From: Fonticula-like sp. SCN 57-25
Lineage: Eukaryota
Assembly: GCA_001724245.1 (NCBI GenBank)
Contig: MEDX01000019.1
Span: 1-64,000, forward strand
Reading direction: 5' to 3'
Length of the DNA: 64,000 nt
Shown here: piece by piece, positions 47,701 through 59,812 of the stretch
Layout: every line of letters starts with the position of its first letter
Position numbering within the stretch: the stretch's first letter is position 1
Made by a program: the position numbers and the translations under genes
The notes under the pieces: model-generated
Seen by the model: the letters and a program-made list of their open reading frames with translations, nothing else
Databases searched by the model: none
What the model was told of the DNA's origin: nothing

Positions 47701-50700
47701 CAACGCACGACACCGAAGCGCACGAGCCCGTCACGACGCCCCAAAGGCCATCCACCGAGCAGGAACGCGACACAGTGCCAGTAAAGCCCGTCTTGCACGT
47801 GCCCGACACGGTCGTGCCGCCCAGCGTCGACGGCCACTCGGACGTCGAGTCCGTCGTGGCAGGGCATGACTTTTGCGTGCACGCGTCTTCTACGTCAAGC
47901 CACTGGCCCTCAATGCTGCACTCGCGCTTTGGCGAGCCTTCGTAGCCGGTCAGGCAGCTGCCAGTCACTGTGTTGCCCGCCGTCGCCGAAGGCCACGACT
48001 GGTGGTTGCCGTCGTCAGAGATGGCGCTGCACAGGATCGCCTGGCACAGAGGCGACGGCGTCGACCATTCGGCTTGCAGCGAGCAGGAACGCACCGAGGT
48101 GCCAGTGTAGCCCGGAAGACAGGTGCCCGTTGCCGAGTACCCTGCCTGAACAGACTCGGGCCACGATGCGCCGAACGCAGCGTACGACGGACTGTCAAAC
48201 GTGCAGTAAAGCGGGACGCAAGGGTTGGTGATCTCGGTCGACCAGACGCCGTCGGAGCGGCACAGACGGGAAGGCTTGGTCGCCGTACTGTAACCCGCAA
48301 CGCACGTTCCCTCCACGATGGTGTTCACAACGGCAGGAGAATCCCAGTTTGCGTGCTCGTCGTTAATCAACGAATCGCACGGGTTGGTGCTGCACGGGTT
48401 ACGGACGTCAGACCAAGTGCCGTTGAAGAAGCAGTCGCGGGCAGGGCGGCCGGAAGTGTTTGGGTAGCAGTCACCCTCGATCGACATGGAGCCGGCCGCA
48501 ACCGACGTCCAAAGTGCCTGAGCGCTCGAATCATTCTTCGCGTCGCAGAACACCTCTGAAAAAGAAAAATATCCCAGATCAGCGCATTGATAATATAGGT
48601 GACAATGCGAGCCGTACGGGTGCACGCGCCAACGATGTCCTCCCAGACTCCCACGATGCTGCACGCGCGCGTCGGAGCGCCCGTCCATCCCGGGTCGCAC
48701 TCGCCAACGATGGCCAAAGTTCCTGCAGCTGTCGACCCCCACGTCCCATGCGCCTCAGTGCGCGGTGCGCACATGATCTGCGAGCACGGGTTGATGATCT
48801 CGCCAAACGCCCCGTCCTTGTCGCACGGGCGCGTTGGGTTGCCTGCCCATCCGGGCGAGCAAGTGCCCGACGCGGTCACGAGCGAATTCGTCGACGGCCA
48901 AACCGCATTTCCGGCAGTCTCGCCCACGCATGTATTGCCTGTCAAGGTGCCCAACTTAGTCTAGCATAAACACAGCGAGGTACGTACGGGTGCACGCGAC
49001 GCTCACCGGCGTCCAGTTGCCGTTCAGGTCGCAGTTGCGGCTGGTCGGTCCAGAGTATCCGTCCTGGCACGTACCTTCGACCGCGTTCGAACCGGCGGCA
49101 ATCACGGGCCAGTTGGCATTGTCCAAAACAGTCGCGGAGCAGAAAATCTCTAAACATACCGTCAGCAAACGTCGGCTCCACGCAGCAAAGCATGCGCACG
49201 CGAGCAGCTGTTCGTCACAGTCGTCGACCATGAGCCGTTTGCATTGCACGAGCGCGACGGAGATCCTTCGTAGCCCGCCTTGCATGTCCCCGTTGCGACG
49301 GTGTTTGAAAGAGTGTTGGCGGGCCAGTCGGCATTATCGTACGTCTCGGCACCACAGACGTTGCCTAAAATCAGTGTGTCAGCATAATTGGGCACAATCA
49401 ATCGGCGCGTACGAATGCAAGCGGGCGAGACAGTGGAAGACCACGCGCCAGTGATGAGGCAACTACGCGACGGCGTTCCAGAGTAGCCCGACGCGCAGGT
49501 TCCGGTGGCAGATGAGCCCGCGGCGGTGGTGGGCCACTGAGCATTGTTGTAGGAGCCCCCGGAGCACGTCAACTGGACGCAGGTTCCTTGCATTGCAGCC
49601 CAGGTACCGCTCGCTTGGCAGAGACGCGTCGGCGCACCGCTATAACCCGCCGCGCACGTTCCAGTGGCGGTCGCAAAAGAGTTGTGCGTCGTAAAAGACA
49701 CGTGGTTCGAGGTGTCGGTGAATCCTGCGCATTGACGCTCTGCAAGACGATCGGGTAGTCAGCGCACGCGAACCAAACAGGCGGGTAGGCGTACGCGTGC
49801 ACGGTGTCGTCACCGTATTCGACCAGGTACCGCTTGCTTCACAGTAGCACTTGGGAGAGCCTTCATAGCCGGACGCACAGGTTCCCGTCGCCGTCGTCAG
49901 ACTGTTGGTGATGGCAAACGATGCAGTTCCCTTGGTCACAGCAGTGCACTTGTTGCCTGCAATAATAACACAGTCGTTGAGCACGTATCACAACGCAAAA
50001 ATTCGGACGTACGAACGCATGCGTTGCTCACTGAAGACGACCATGCACCGGTATTGCCGCACGAGCGAGTGGGAGACACGTTGTTCAACTTGCTGTATCC
50101 AGACAAGCACGTTCCGGTCGCCGTGGTGCCAGCATTGGTCTTCGGGAACGTGGCAGCGCCGTAGCTACCGCTGGAGTCCGCCGCACAAGTGATCTCTGAG
50201 CAAGTTCCAATAGCGTTTAGTCAGGCTTGAAAATATATTTGAGCGGCGCACTCGTGCACGGGCTTGTCACCGCGCCCCACACCTTGTTCGTACACTTGGC
50301 CTTGGGCGATCCTGTCCACGTTGAGTGGCAGGAACCAGTCGCTGTGACGCCGTCGTAGGTGAATGGGAAGTTGGCGTTTCCATTCAATGTGGCCGCCGAA
50401 CAGCTCGTCACTAGAACAACGAGCGTCAACCCACCGCAGAATGACGGACGGTAATGTTTGGGCGTACCTTGGCAATCGACTCCCGACCCGCCGTATCCCA
50501 GATTGCAGGTGCAGGTGCCAGTGGATTGGTTGCAGGTTGCCTGCGTGTGACAAGTACTGTAGTAGAACGAAATGTACGATTTGTAGGTACCCGAGTACCG
50601 ACGGGTGGTTTCCCAAGACGAGAACTTGGTCGACGCAGTGTAGCGAGAACGAATGGTGGTCTGTTTACGGCGGCGTTAAGCAATATCCCTTTGAATCTCA

Positions 50701-51462
50701 GTTGAACGCACGTAAGTGTTTGAGAAGCGAACGGCCGTATTGATAATGTTCACGTTCAGGTTGAAACGGTACCAACTAGTGACCCTGGGTTAGGACTGAC
50801 ACGTTTGACCACTTTGAACGCACTAGTTCGACGTGTATGTTGGGTACTGTGAAATGATTCCTCCCAGGTTCTGGCTCAGGTTCGGCTGGTTGTTCCAAGT
50901 GATTGACGTGTAACCCCTGAAAAATAAGCGACGTTAAATACGCGCTAGCTGACTTATCCACGAACCAGGAAACCGTCGGCGAATCAAAGGAAAACGGCAC
51001 ATTCGGAATAGCACCATAGTTGCCGGAATCATTGATGAAAATGACTGGAGTGCCCGTGGCACAGAATCGAGAAGGAGTAGGCTTTTACAGCAGCGTGTCA
51101 ATCAACTGCCAGTAGGAGGCGCAGCGTGTCGTACAGCAAACGACGAAAAGTTATAGTGCCAGTACCCGACCGCATTAGGGGCGCTTCCAGTGCCGCGCAT
51201 GTAGACGCCGCCGAGATAGTCTAGAATGAGCAGAGAAAAACTGTAGTTAGTCTTCGGTACAACCAATGGCTAGCAGTACTCATAGAGTAGTTCCAGCCGG
51301 GATCGCTTGCGTATGTGAATGCGGCATCGCGCATGTATGCTTTCGACTGAGCAGATGCGACAGTCGCTGTCGAGAAAACCCGTAAGTAAACAAAACTGCG
51401 GCACAGGCACCGACGAACGCACCTAGCAGAGCTAGGACAAGGATCCGCGCGAGCCGGCCCAT
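44709..51462 (-). CDS. Giant single-pass receptor pseudokinase: signal - DNRLRE/CBM96-like - EGF - about 21 HormR/CCP-like Cys repeats - 2x FN3 - TM - degenerate TK/TKL-like domain; many exons
   Basis: Signal MGRLARILVLALLGAFVGACAA; ITWNNQP; CHTQATC..CTCNLGYGGSGVDC; repeats C..W..T..G....C..GY.G.P.R.C...G.W......C; FN3 TSVTIVW...LFQNTLYQLRV; TM then RRRR; kinase remnants FHREV, HPNIV, HRSLRSDN, YAAPE. Confidence 0.85.
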
Positions 51463-51842
51463 CGTCGCCAACGATGAGAAGCTTTTTTCTCTGCCCCACA
51501 CGTTTTTCGCTCCCTCAAGAAAACTTCCTTTCTTGGACGACAAAGTACGGGAAAAACCGTGGGATTTGTACTCCGCGTGCAACTTAGACTTGAGGTACCA
51601 ATCACAGACGCGACCCCTTTCCGCATTTAGGCATGCCCCGCCCCTTGATAAGAAACCGATCTTATCGAATGACTGATCGGATCTGATTTCGAAGACTGAT
51701 CGGATCTGATTCCGTCGCCCACCCGAGAGCGAACAAAACCGGGAAAAAAACGCAAAAGCGCATTAACAGCAGCACGTTTTGAATGGGGGCCTCTCTTGCG
51801 TTAAAATACATGCGATGGTACAACAAAAAATACATACAGAAA

Positions 51843-54338
51843 TCACTGAGAATGAACGGGGCACCCCGTCCCTCGTAAGAGCCACCCGTCGATACACGCC
51901 TTGTGGTACATGCAGAGGCAGTCCATCGTGGCGACCTCGTCCACTGCAACGCGAATTCAGAAAAAAGGAAATAGGAGAATAGCAAACGTACTCGGCTGAA
52001 ACTCTTCAAAGCAAATGGGGCACTCGACGACCCTGTCAGCCGCCGGCGACGCATTCGTGAGGACGTGCGCAAGGTAGCGCCGCCCCTTTGGCGTCCGCTC
52101 GGCGTTGGACAGGCACGCTTCGACGTGCGCGTCGCGCTCCTCCTCGCTCATTGAGCGCAGCCGCAGCGAGCACACAGGGCACTCGGTGAACGCCGACGCG
52201 TCTGCCCGTGGCGAGTCGGGCGACGACGGCCGCGAGTCGTGCGCAGCCGCCGCCGCCGGCACCCCGCCCGCCGAGAAATCACCAAGCGCCACGTCATCAA
52301 ACACATCGGCTGGTGCAGAGCGCTGCTCGTCCGCAAAACACGCTTCGCACACGCGCGCGTCCAGGCCGCGGACAACGGCCGTGCGCGACGAGCATGCGTC
52401 GCAGAACACGCGGCCGCAGCGGCGACAGTGGTGCCGCCGCAGTAACAGGCCAAAGGCGCGCTCGCACCCGCGGCACGTGGGCGCGTCGGCGTCCATTTCC
52501 CATCTATATAACGTCAGCCAAAAAGAAAGGTCGGGTCATCGGCAGCGCACTGAACTTCGCCGTTGCTCGTGAGCGACGGCGGCGGCGTCAACGCATGGTC
52601 TCGCGACGCTTCCTTGGTCGCCGCTGCAATTGCGAGCGGCTCAGTCGCCACGCGCTCGCTGGAACTCGACGCCTCGTCGGGCGTGCTCAACAGGTCGCCG
52701 CTCATGTCTGGCTGCAGCACTTCCGCGCGCTGTGCTCGCTGCGACGCCTCCTTTACAAGGCGCGCCATCGCCTCTGCGCGCTCCATCGCGGCAGATACTT
52801 CGCCGAGCGCCTGCTCCCTCCGTTTCGCATCGGGCTCGGCTGCGGTTCATCGTTAAAATAGGCAGCGCAAAGGCAAAGTAGCGCACTTTTGATGGCCGAC
52901 ATGTACGTCTCGATCGCCGCGCGGTACAGCGCCAGCGCGCCCGGCGGGTCCGTAGCCTCCATCGTCCGTGCCTGCGCCGTGTCGCGCTGAAAGGCGGCGG
53001 CAAGAGCGCTGTCGGCGCGCAGCTTTCGCAAGCGGACCCAAAGGCGTTTGCGCGTCCATGCAAAGCGGCTCGGCTGCGGCTGCATGTCCTGCCACCGTGC
53101 GTCTTCCTCCTTGGAATACTACAGGCGATGTGAGCAGATATTGAATAAAATATGGCACAGAGCAGCGTAATAAAACATAAATACAATAAGTGCAATAAAA
53201 AATAAAAATACATATACGCACTCGCCAACCGTCCGTGCTCGTCTCTGGCTCGCACACGACGCGCCACGCCGACACCCAGAACCATTCACTGGACGGCAGC
53301 GAGTTGTCCAGCGTCGTCGGCGTTCCGCTCAGTGATGTAAACTGCGGAAAGTCGCCCTTTCCATACTGCGCAAAGAGCGTGGCGCGCTCTGTCTCCACGA
53401 CGGCCTCGAGCACCGCCGTCGCGGACACGCGCCCTAGCTTTGTGTTTGACGCGCTCAGGAGGAAGCACAGGAGCACGTGCTCCCGCAGCGCCGCATAGTC
53501 GTATGCGGTCGCGCCAAAGCTGTCCCGCAACTCAATATCGCCACCATTCTCTATCAAAAGTCGCGCCATCTCGGTATTCCCTTTCGAGCACGCGAGCACT
53601 GTACAGCGTTAGCGACCAAAGAGCACAGAGGTAATGCGCACTGAGCGGCGTCTGGCCCGCCTTGGCGCGCTGGTTCCTGTCCTGATGCAAGCGGCTCAGT
53701 CTGCCCAGTAGGAGCCGCGCCGTCGAAAGGTGACCCTGGCTTACGGCATTGTGCAGCGCCGTCCATCCGTCATGATCGCGCGCGCAGGGATCGCCTAAAT
53801 ACACGTAAGCACAACGGGGATGCAGATTAGGCGCGCACTTTGAAAATCAAGCAGAAGGCGCGCGACCGTCTCATGGCCGTAAAAGGCCGCGACGTGCAGA
53901 GGCGTCTCGCCTTCCCGGTTCCTCAGGTTGATGTCGGCGCCTGGCATAGCCCAATACGCGTCAGCCAAGCAGGACACAAACAACGAACTCGCACCATAGT
54001 CGAGCAGCAACGAGGCGATGGCGCGGTTGCCCTTTGCCGCCACGCAGTGAAGCGGGGCAAAGCCCGCTGCGTTCAGCGAGTTAACCTGCGAGTGCGCTTT
54101 TGGTATCGGCGGCGGTTCGCCCGCCATGTACTTGCCCTTGGCTTCAAGCCATCGCGTCAGCAATCATGCGCGATCAGCCCCGAGTCGTACCGATCCGCCT
54201 CCGCTCCCGCAGCTCCACCTCCCTCTGATTCTCAAGCATTGTGCGCGCCGTTTGCTCGTCCTCCTCCAGGACGACCGCGTGAAGCGGGAACGGCTCGGCA
54301 TCAGGGGCGCCCGCCCCGCCGCTGTCACTCACCTCCAT
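51843..54338 (-). CDS. Ankyrin - DysF - MIT - FYVE - C2HC zinc finger - RING-H2 protein (Pib1/Upa1-like E3 ligase); multi-exon
   Basis: Ankyrin GFAPLH, GETPLH, GWTALH, GQTPL, GATAYD. DysF LPSSEWFWVSAW..TDGWR/Y..W..TRKRLWVR. MIT-like ALALYRAAIETYMSAIKTEPDAKRREQALGEVSAAMERAE. FYVE WEMD..CRGC..RRHHCRRCG..RVCEAC. CPVC..HVEAC. RING CPICFEEF..CLCMYHKACIDGW..CPVH. The DysF-to-RING junctions and the first junction were checked for phase. Confidence 0.82.
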
Positions 54339-54560
54339 CGTTCCAATGCAAACTGCAATCTGGCTGACGCGTCAGCCAAGCAGGAGTTGAAAGCGATCGA
54401 CACTTGCAAGGGAAAGGTGACTAAAATAGGATGAGACACTTGTACACTGAGTGGCACAAAGTGCGCAATGTTCGAGTGGCGCTGATGAATAGGAACTGAG
54501 AGCATGTACATTGTCCGAGAGGTAACTTTGACAAGAGAGATACAAGAAATAGTGGTACAA

Positions 54561-55716
54561 TCAAAAACTCGGCACGGGCGCGCCTGGCCGCGTGTACGCG
54601 ACCGCCTTTGAGAGGTCGCTCGGCGGGTACCGCTGCTCGGCAAATGTGCACAGACGCTTGATACCCTGAATCCATTTCCGCGACTTTTCGTCGTTAAGCA
54701 CGTCTGCAAGGTGCGTTAGCAAAAAGTGGGTAAAAGAAGCGCGACGTACGGGCCACCTGGTTCGATGAAATCTTTTCGCGAGCCGAGCGCGCGTGAATAC
54801 CAACCATTGTCACACCGATAGGCCAGGCGGCGTTTCCAATTGACAGCAGGTAGTACTCGTCGTTGGCCAGGATGTACTCCCTGTCCTGCAGCCGCTGCGC
54901 AATCTTGGTGATGCTGGAGAGGATGTCCAGCGGCATCTCTTTCTTGCGGAGCATCTTGAAAAAGGGGCCCAAATTGGCTTTTGTCTGCTCGAAATTGGCG
55001 GCCTCCAGCTTGCCCTCCTGCGTGCGCTTGACCTCGGCCGGGCGCGCCATCAGGACATCGCCCTGCTCGTTGAGCAGCATCTCAAAGTACTCGGCAAGCG
55101 TCGTCTGCAGCAAGTCCCTGTTTTTCCTAATCATCTCCTCGTACACGCGCAGCTCGTCCAGCGTCTTGACCTTTTTCGTCGCGGCGGGATCCTCGACGCC
55201 CGCCCCGGCGCCATCGAGCGCAGCGGCCGCCGCCTCCTTCTTCCGGAGCTCCTGAAGATCAATGTCGTGATCAAGACGCGCCACCGTGCGCATATATTCG
55301 TTGCCGTGACCAAGTCGGTCGTCCGGCCGCTTTGCCTCGAGCGCGCGCAGGCGCTGCACGCGCTCCTCGTCCGTCTCACCAAAGAGGCGGATGGGCTCAT
55401 CGCGGAGACGGAGCCGCCGGATGACTTCCTTGGCATCAACAGACCCCTTTGTCTCTTTCTTTTCAGAAACGGCGGCGGGCGCTTCGGCCGGCGTCGGCGT
55501 CGCCTCGCGGTCAGGCTGCGGCGCGGGCGATGGCGACGCGGACCGCGCGCGGGCCGCACGCTCTGCCTCTAGGCGCTGCTGCTGCTCAAAATACTCTTGC
55601 TCGCGCTTCGCCTCCAAGTCGGCGCGGCGCACATACTTTGCGTTAGGACCAGCAACAGACTCTACCGCCTTGCGCTTGGCCGAAATCTCGCTCTTTAGCA
55701 GCGCAGCAAAGTCCAT
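54561..55716 (-). CDS. PRP18: Pre-mRNA splicing factor 18; 2 exons
   Basis: SFM motif EVIRRLRLRDEPIRLFGET, then YLLSIGNAAWPIGVTMVGIHARSAREKI and HVLNDEKSRKWIQGIKRL. Intron 54704-54749. Confidence 0.96.
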
Positions 55717-56999
55717 GGCTGCACCGATCCCCGCCGAAGCGTCTACGACTCTTGTGACAGGAATGCCCACAATGTTGCGGCAGGCATGAGATCGTGTCCG
55801 AACCACGTCAGCGGGCGCACAACTTTTATCCTTTTCGGATGGGTGGCCGGCACGCTGATTGGCTGCCGCCACGGTCTCCTTATGTGACGTCATCACCTTC
55901 AATGCTTCTCACCCGTTGACCGGTCAAATTGGGGTCGGTCGAAGTGGAGGTTCCCTTTTTCGAGTGCCAATCTCGAGGAGCGCGGTCGTAGATCGACGAG
56001 CGCGCAGGATCACAAAGGAGGGAAGGCTCGGCGCGTAGCTCGTGGGTCAGTGGAGACGCATTTGAGTTGAAAGGCGGTAATCGCGAGTGTGTACTGTTTT
56101 AGTGGCATCTCTCGTGTGCTCCTTTTTGCAGCTTCCGACGGGGGAAAGAAGGGTGACGTGAGCGAATATTTGTGGGATACGGAGAGCGCGACTTTTTCGT
56201 TCCCTATACCCGCCCCGCCCTCTCGCTCTGCTCTGCACATAGAGAAAGCGTTTGTGGCCACCTTGCTGCTTCGTATTACTCTGCATTTGCGACGTGATTT
56301 TCTTCTTTCTTGGGTTGCTTGTCGATCATCGTCGTCACCCCGCTTCTAGAGTTTTGATTTCGTCTTCCTTGGAGCAAGGGGAGACGGGCTAGAGCTTTAT
56401 ACTTTTTCCTGCAAAGGAAGCGGCGCCCATTCTAGAGGTACGTCCCTTTTTTACCCTTCATCCTTGCTCCTTTTCTCTTTTTTTCTGTCGTGGATTGGGA
56501 TGGGCGGCTGTTTCTTTCCCAAACGCCTGGGAAGGGGTCAGTTTCTCTGCATCTGAGGAGTGTCCCCGTGCTCTATGTGGTCACTTGAAGTGGGCCGGCA
56601 TTGTCAATTAGATATGCCAACTTTTCCCCTGTTTTTTTGGCTCCTTCCTTGCTTGCTCAGTTTAGGGGGATCCCGGGGCGCGGTTTGGGGATGGTTGCCT
56701 GCACGTGCTCCTAGTTAATAATTGCGCGGCTGTCGTGTTTCCTTATTGCCGGCCGCGCCGTCCCCTTGTCGTGTCTGTTCCTTTTCGAGGTCGCTCTGTC
56801 TCCTTTGTGGCCGTGACTCTTTTTTCCTTTGGCGACTTTTTTTTTGCGCTGCTGCTTTTGTTGTTTTCCTCTTCATCGAGCATCGATCTTTTGATCTCGT
56901 TTCCTCCTCCCTTTTGCCGATCGAGTCTCTTTTCTTACGCTTCCCTCTTTCTCTTTGTGCATCGCGCCGCACAGTTATTTCGGCGCGCGCCTACTTTTA

Positions 57000-59202
57000 A
57001 TGATGATCGACGTGAGCCGATTCGATGAGAGCGGCGTGAAGAGCAATAGCACTGCCAACGTCGCTGCGCCTTCCACGTCAGCGATGCCCACGCTATGGGG
57101 CAATCTCGGCCGCGACGACGCCTCTTCGTGTACGCCGCCTCGGTTTTTGAGCGTACCGCGCCTGATGCTCACGTTATTTTTTAGATGGTCTTCGTGCGCC
57201 TGCCGCTGGCGGCCGCGATCGCTCGTCGTCTCTATCGAGCGCCCCGAATCCCTCGTACGGCGGCGAACCGCGCACTGGCGCCGCCGTGGACACCACCGCG
57301 TGGTCCAATGAAGTAGACGGCGGCCTTCCCGGCGTGAGCGTGTCGGCGTGGACGGCCTCTTCGCCACACGTCCGCCGCGGGTCGCTCAACCCCTCTTCGC
57401 TCTTTTCCGCCGACATGCAGGCGTACGCTTGCTCATTTGTTCGAAACAGAATTAGCTGACTGTACATTTAGGTCGCTGCCGCGTCTTGAGGAGCAGCTTG
57501 CGTGGCGGTACGAGCAGCGTCCGCGCTCCAAGACGGTCGACGAAGGCGCTGGCGCCCCTGGTGAGGACCCGTGGGCGCGTCAGACGGCGTCGCAGTCGGC
57601 GTCGGCGATGCCGAGCATCCACGAGTACGGGCGGCCGCCGTCAGGGACGGGCAGCGCGCCGTCGGTAGACTGGTCGCCGTTTGGCGGCACCCCCACGGCG
57701 TGGGGCAGCGCCGAGGACGAGGCTGCGGCGAGCAGGAGACGTTCGGCGTCGATGCCGCTCTACAGGGAAGACGAAGCGCTGTCGCAGCAGCACGCGCAGA
57801 TGCTGCTCCAGCCGCAGGGTCCGGGGGCGGCGGCTTCCTCTTGGCGCACAGTGCGCAGCCCGCCGACAAACGACGTATCGGGTATCTGGGCGGCCTCTGC
57901 AATGCGCCGTATGCGTACGTGAAGAAAAGATGTGGGAAAGTGGGAAATATGTGAAAGTTTGTGTTGTGGTCTCTCCTGTGCTGGGTTTCCAACTTTGACT
58001 GACACTTTTCCTGCTCTGCAGAGGACTCGCCGTCGCATATGATGAGCCACCAGTACGAGCCCGACTACTCCTACTCTGGCCCTTCGTCGCGCACCTCGAG
58101 CGGCAACCCTCCCCCGCTTCCGCCTGGCTTTGGCGGCCCCGCCACTTCCTCTTCCTCGTCGTCGCCGTCCATCCGCAACGACCGCTCGCCCATCGGCTTC
58201 CCGCCGTTCAGCGGCAGCGGCGCCGCCGGTGATGACGGCTACGACCGCGCCGCGTACGACTATGCGTCGCGCGCGCGCCAATACGACCAGTCACCCGTCC
58301 CGTCCGTGTCGGCGCCGCCGTCGGGTTCGGCCGCGGGCTCGGCCGGCTCGACAAGTGGGTCGTCGAGCTTTGCGTCCGTCGCCGCCGCCGCTGCCGGCGT
58401 GTCTCCCTCGCCGTCGGCATCTTCTACGTCGGCCTCTCCTTCTGGCGCGGCGCGCCCGCGCTCCAACTCGAGCCGCGCCGGCTCGTCGTTCGCGCCCGTT
58501 TTCCCCCCTGACGCGTCGGCCGAGTGGCAGGACGACTATGAGCTCGACATGCGCGGCGACGACTCGTACGGCGCCGAGCGCAGCCAGTCGTTCAGCGGCT
58601 TTTCGACGGACGATGACGCGATGATGCACGGCGGTAGCGGGTCGCAGCCGCCGGCCCACCAGCGCCGCCGCGCGATGACCGCGCTCGGCTCGACGGCGGT
58701 CGGCGCGCACGGCCACGACGAGCTCGCTCAGGGCGTCGAGTTTTACCGCGTTGAATTCAAGAACGGCCGCGCGTCGTCCTACTTTGTTGAGGATACGCGC
58801 CGCGTAAAGTTCAAGGTTGGCGACTGGGTGCTTGTCGAGGCGGACCGCGGCAAGGATCTCGGCCGTGTGACTGGCCGCGGGACCGAGTTTGCCGACAAGG
58901 ACGCCAAGGCGATCTGCCGGCTTGCGCACCCGCCAGAGACGGCGCAAATGTCGCTCAAGCTGCAGGACGAGATCAAGGCGCTCGCGCTCTGCCAGACAAA
59001 GTGCCGGCTCAAGAAGCTCCCGATGGAGGTTGTCGACGCAGAGTACCAGTGGGACAGGCGCAAGCTGACGTACTACTTTGTCGCGGACAGGCGCATTGAC
59101 TTTAGGGAGCTCGTCAGGGAGCTCTTCAAGGTGTACAAGACGCGCATCTGGATGTGCTCGGTCGAGGACCCAACAAAGCGCGTGGGTGTCATCAAGAACT
59201 AG
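57000..59202 (+). CDS. PSP1 C-terminal domain protein with long disordered N-terminus; multi-exon, start tentative
   Basis: VEFKNGR, VGDWVLVEADRGKDLG, LPMEVVDAEYQWDRRKLTYYFVADRRIDFRELVRELFKVYKTRIWM match the fungal Psp1/bacterial YaaT family. Confidence 0.85.
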
Positions 59203-59812
59203 AGGAGAGGAGGGCGCGGCGGCGGCGGACATATTTGCATCTGTTTCTAAGAAAGAGTCATTTTCGCGCGATAAGAGAGGTTTTTCGGTGTCGTTCCTGC
59301 CTTGCGGTACAAGCGAGGGGAAGACGCATATGTGAGTCGTTTTAACTATTATTCGTGCTTCATTGTCGATATTTGATACATTTTTATGTCGCTTTTTTCA
59401 ATGTTTGCGGTCCGCCGCCGCAGCCGGTTTCCTCTCGTGGTGCGCCGCGCGCCTTTCGAGATACATGTTTCGTCAATGTTGATTCCTCATATCATCTATA
59501 CTCTTTCTCTCCTCCTTTCTTTTTGCGGTTGTCGCTTTTCCCTGGTAGGCGCGTGTGCTTTGTGCTGTACGGATAAAAGGATAGATTACGTAGATTTATA
59601 TTGTCGCACGGCCACCGCAGCTAGGGCTTTCTTTATCGTCGCCCTTTTTTACCTCAGTGTACCAGGCCGCATTATTTATAATAAATCAACAGCAGATTAC
59701 GCATATTTTTTGCTTTCTTGCACGTTTTTACCCACGTTTTACACTCTTTTTCGTTGAAATTTTTATTGTTTGTTGATACACTGAAAGGTGTGTCACCAAT
59801 GACACACACGCG

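Noticed and set aside
46500-50410. Regular repeats as a possible CRISPR array or satellite
   Set aside because: Repetition is at the protein level with diverged DNA; there are no identical repeats with spacers and the context is eukaryotic.
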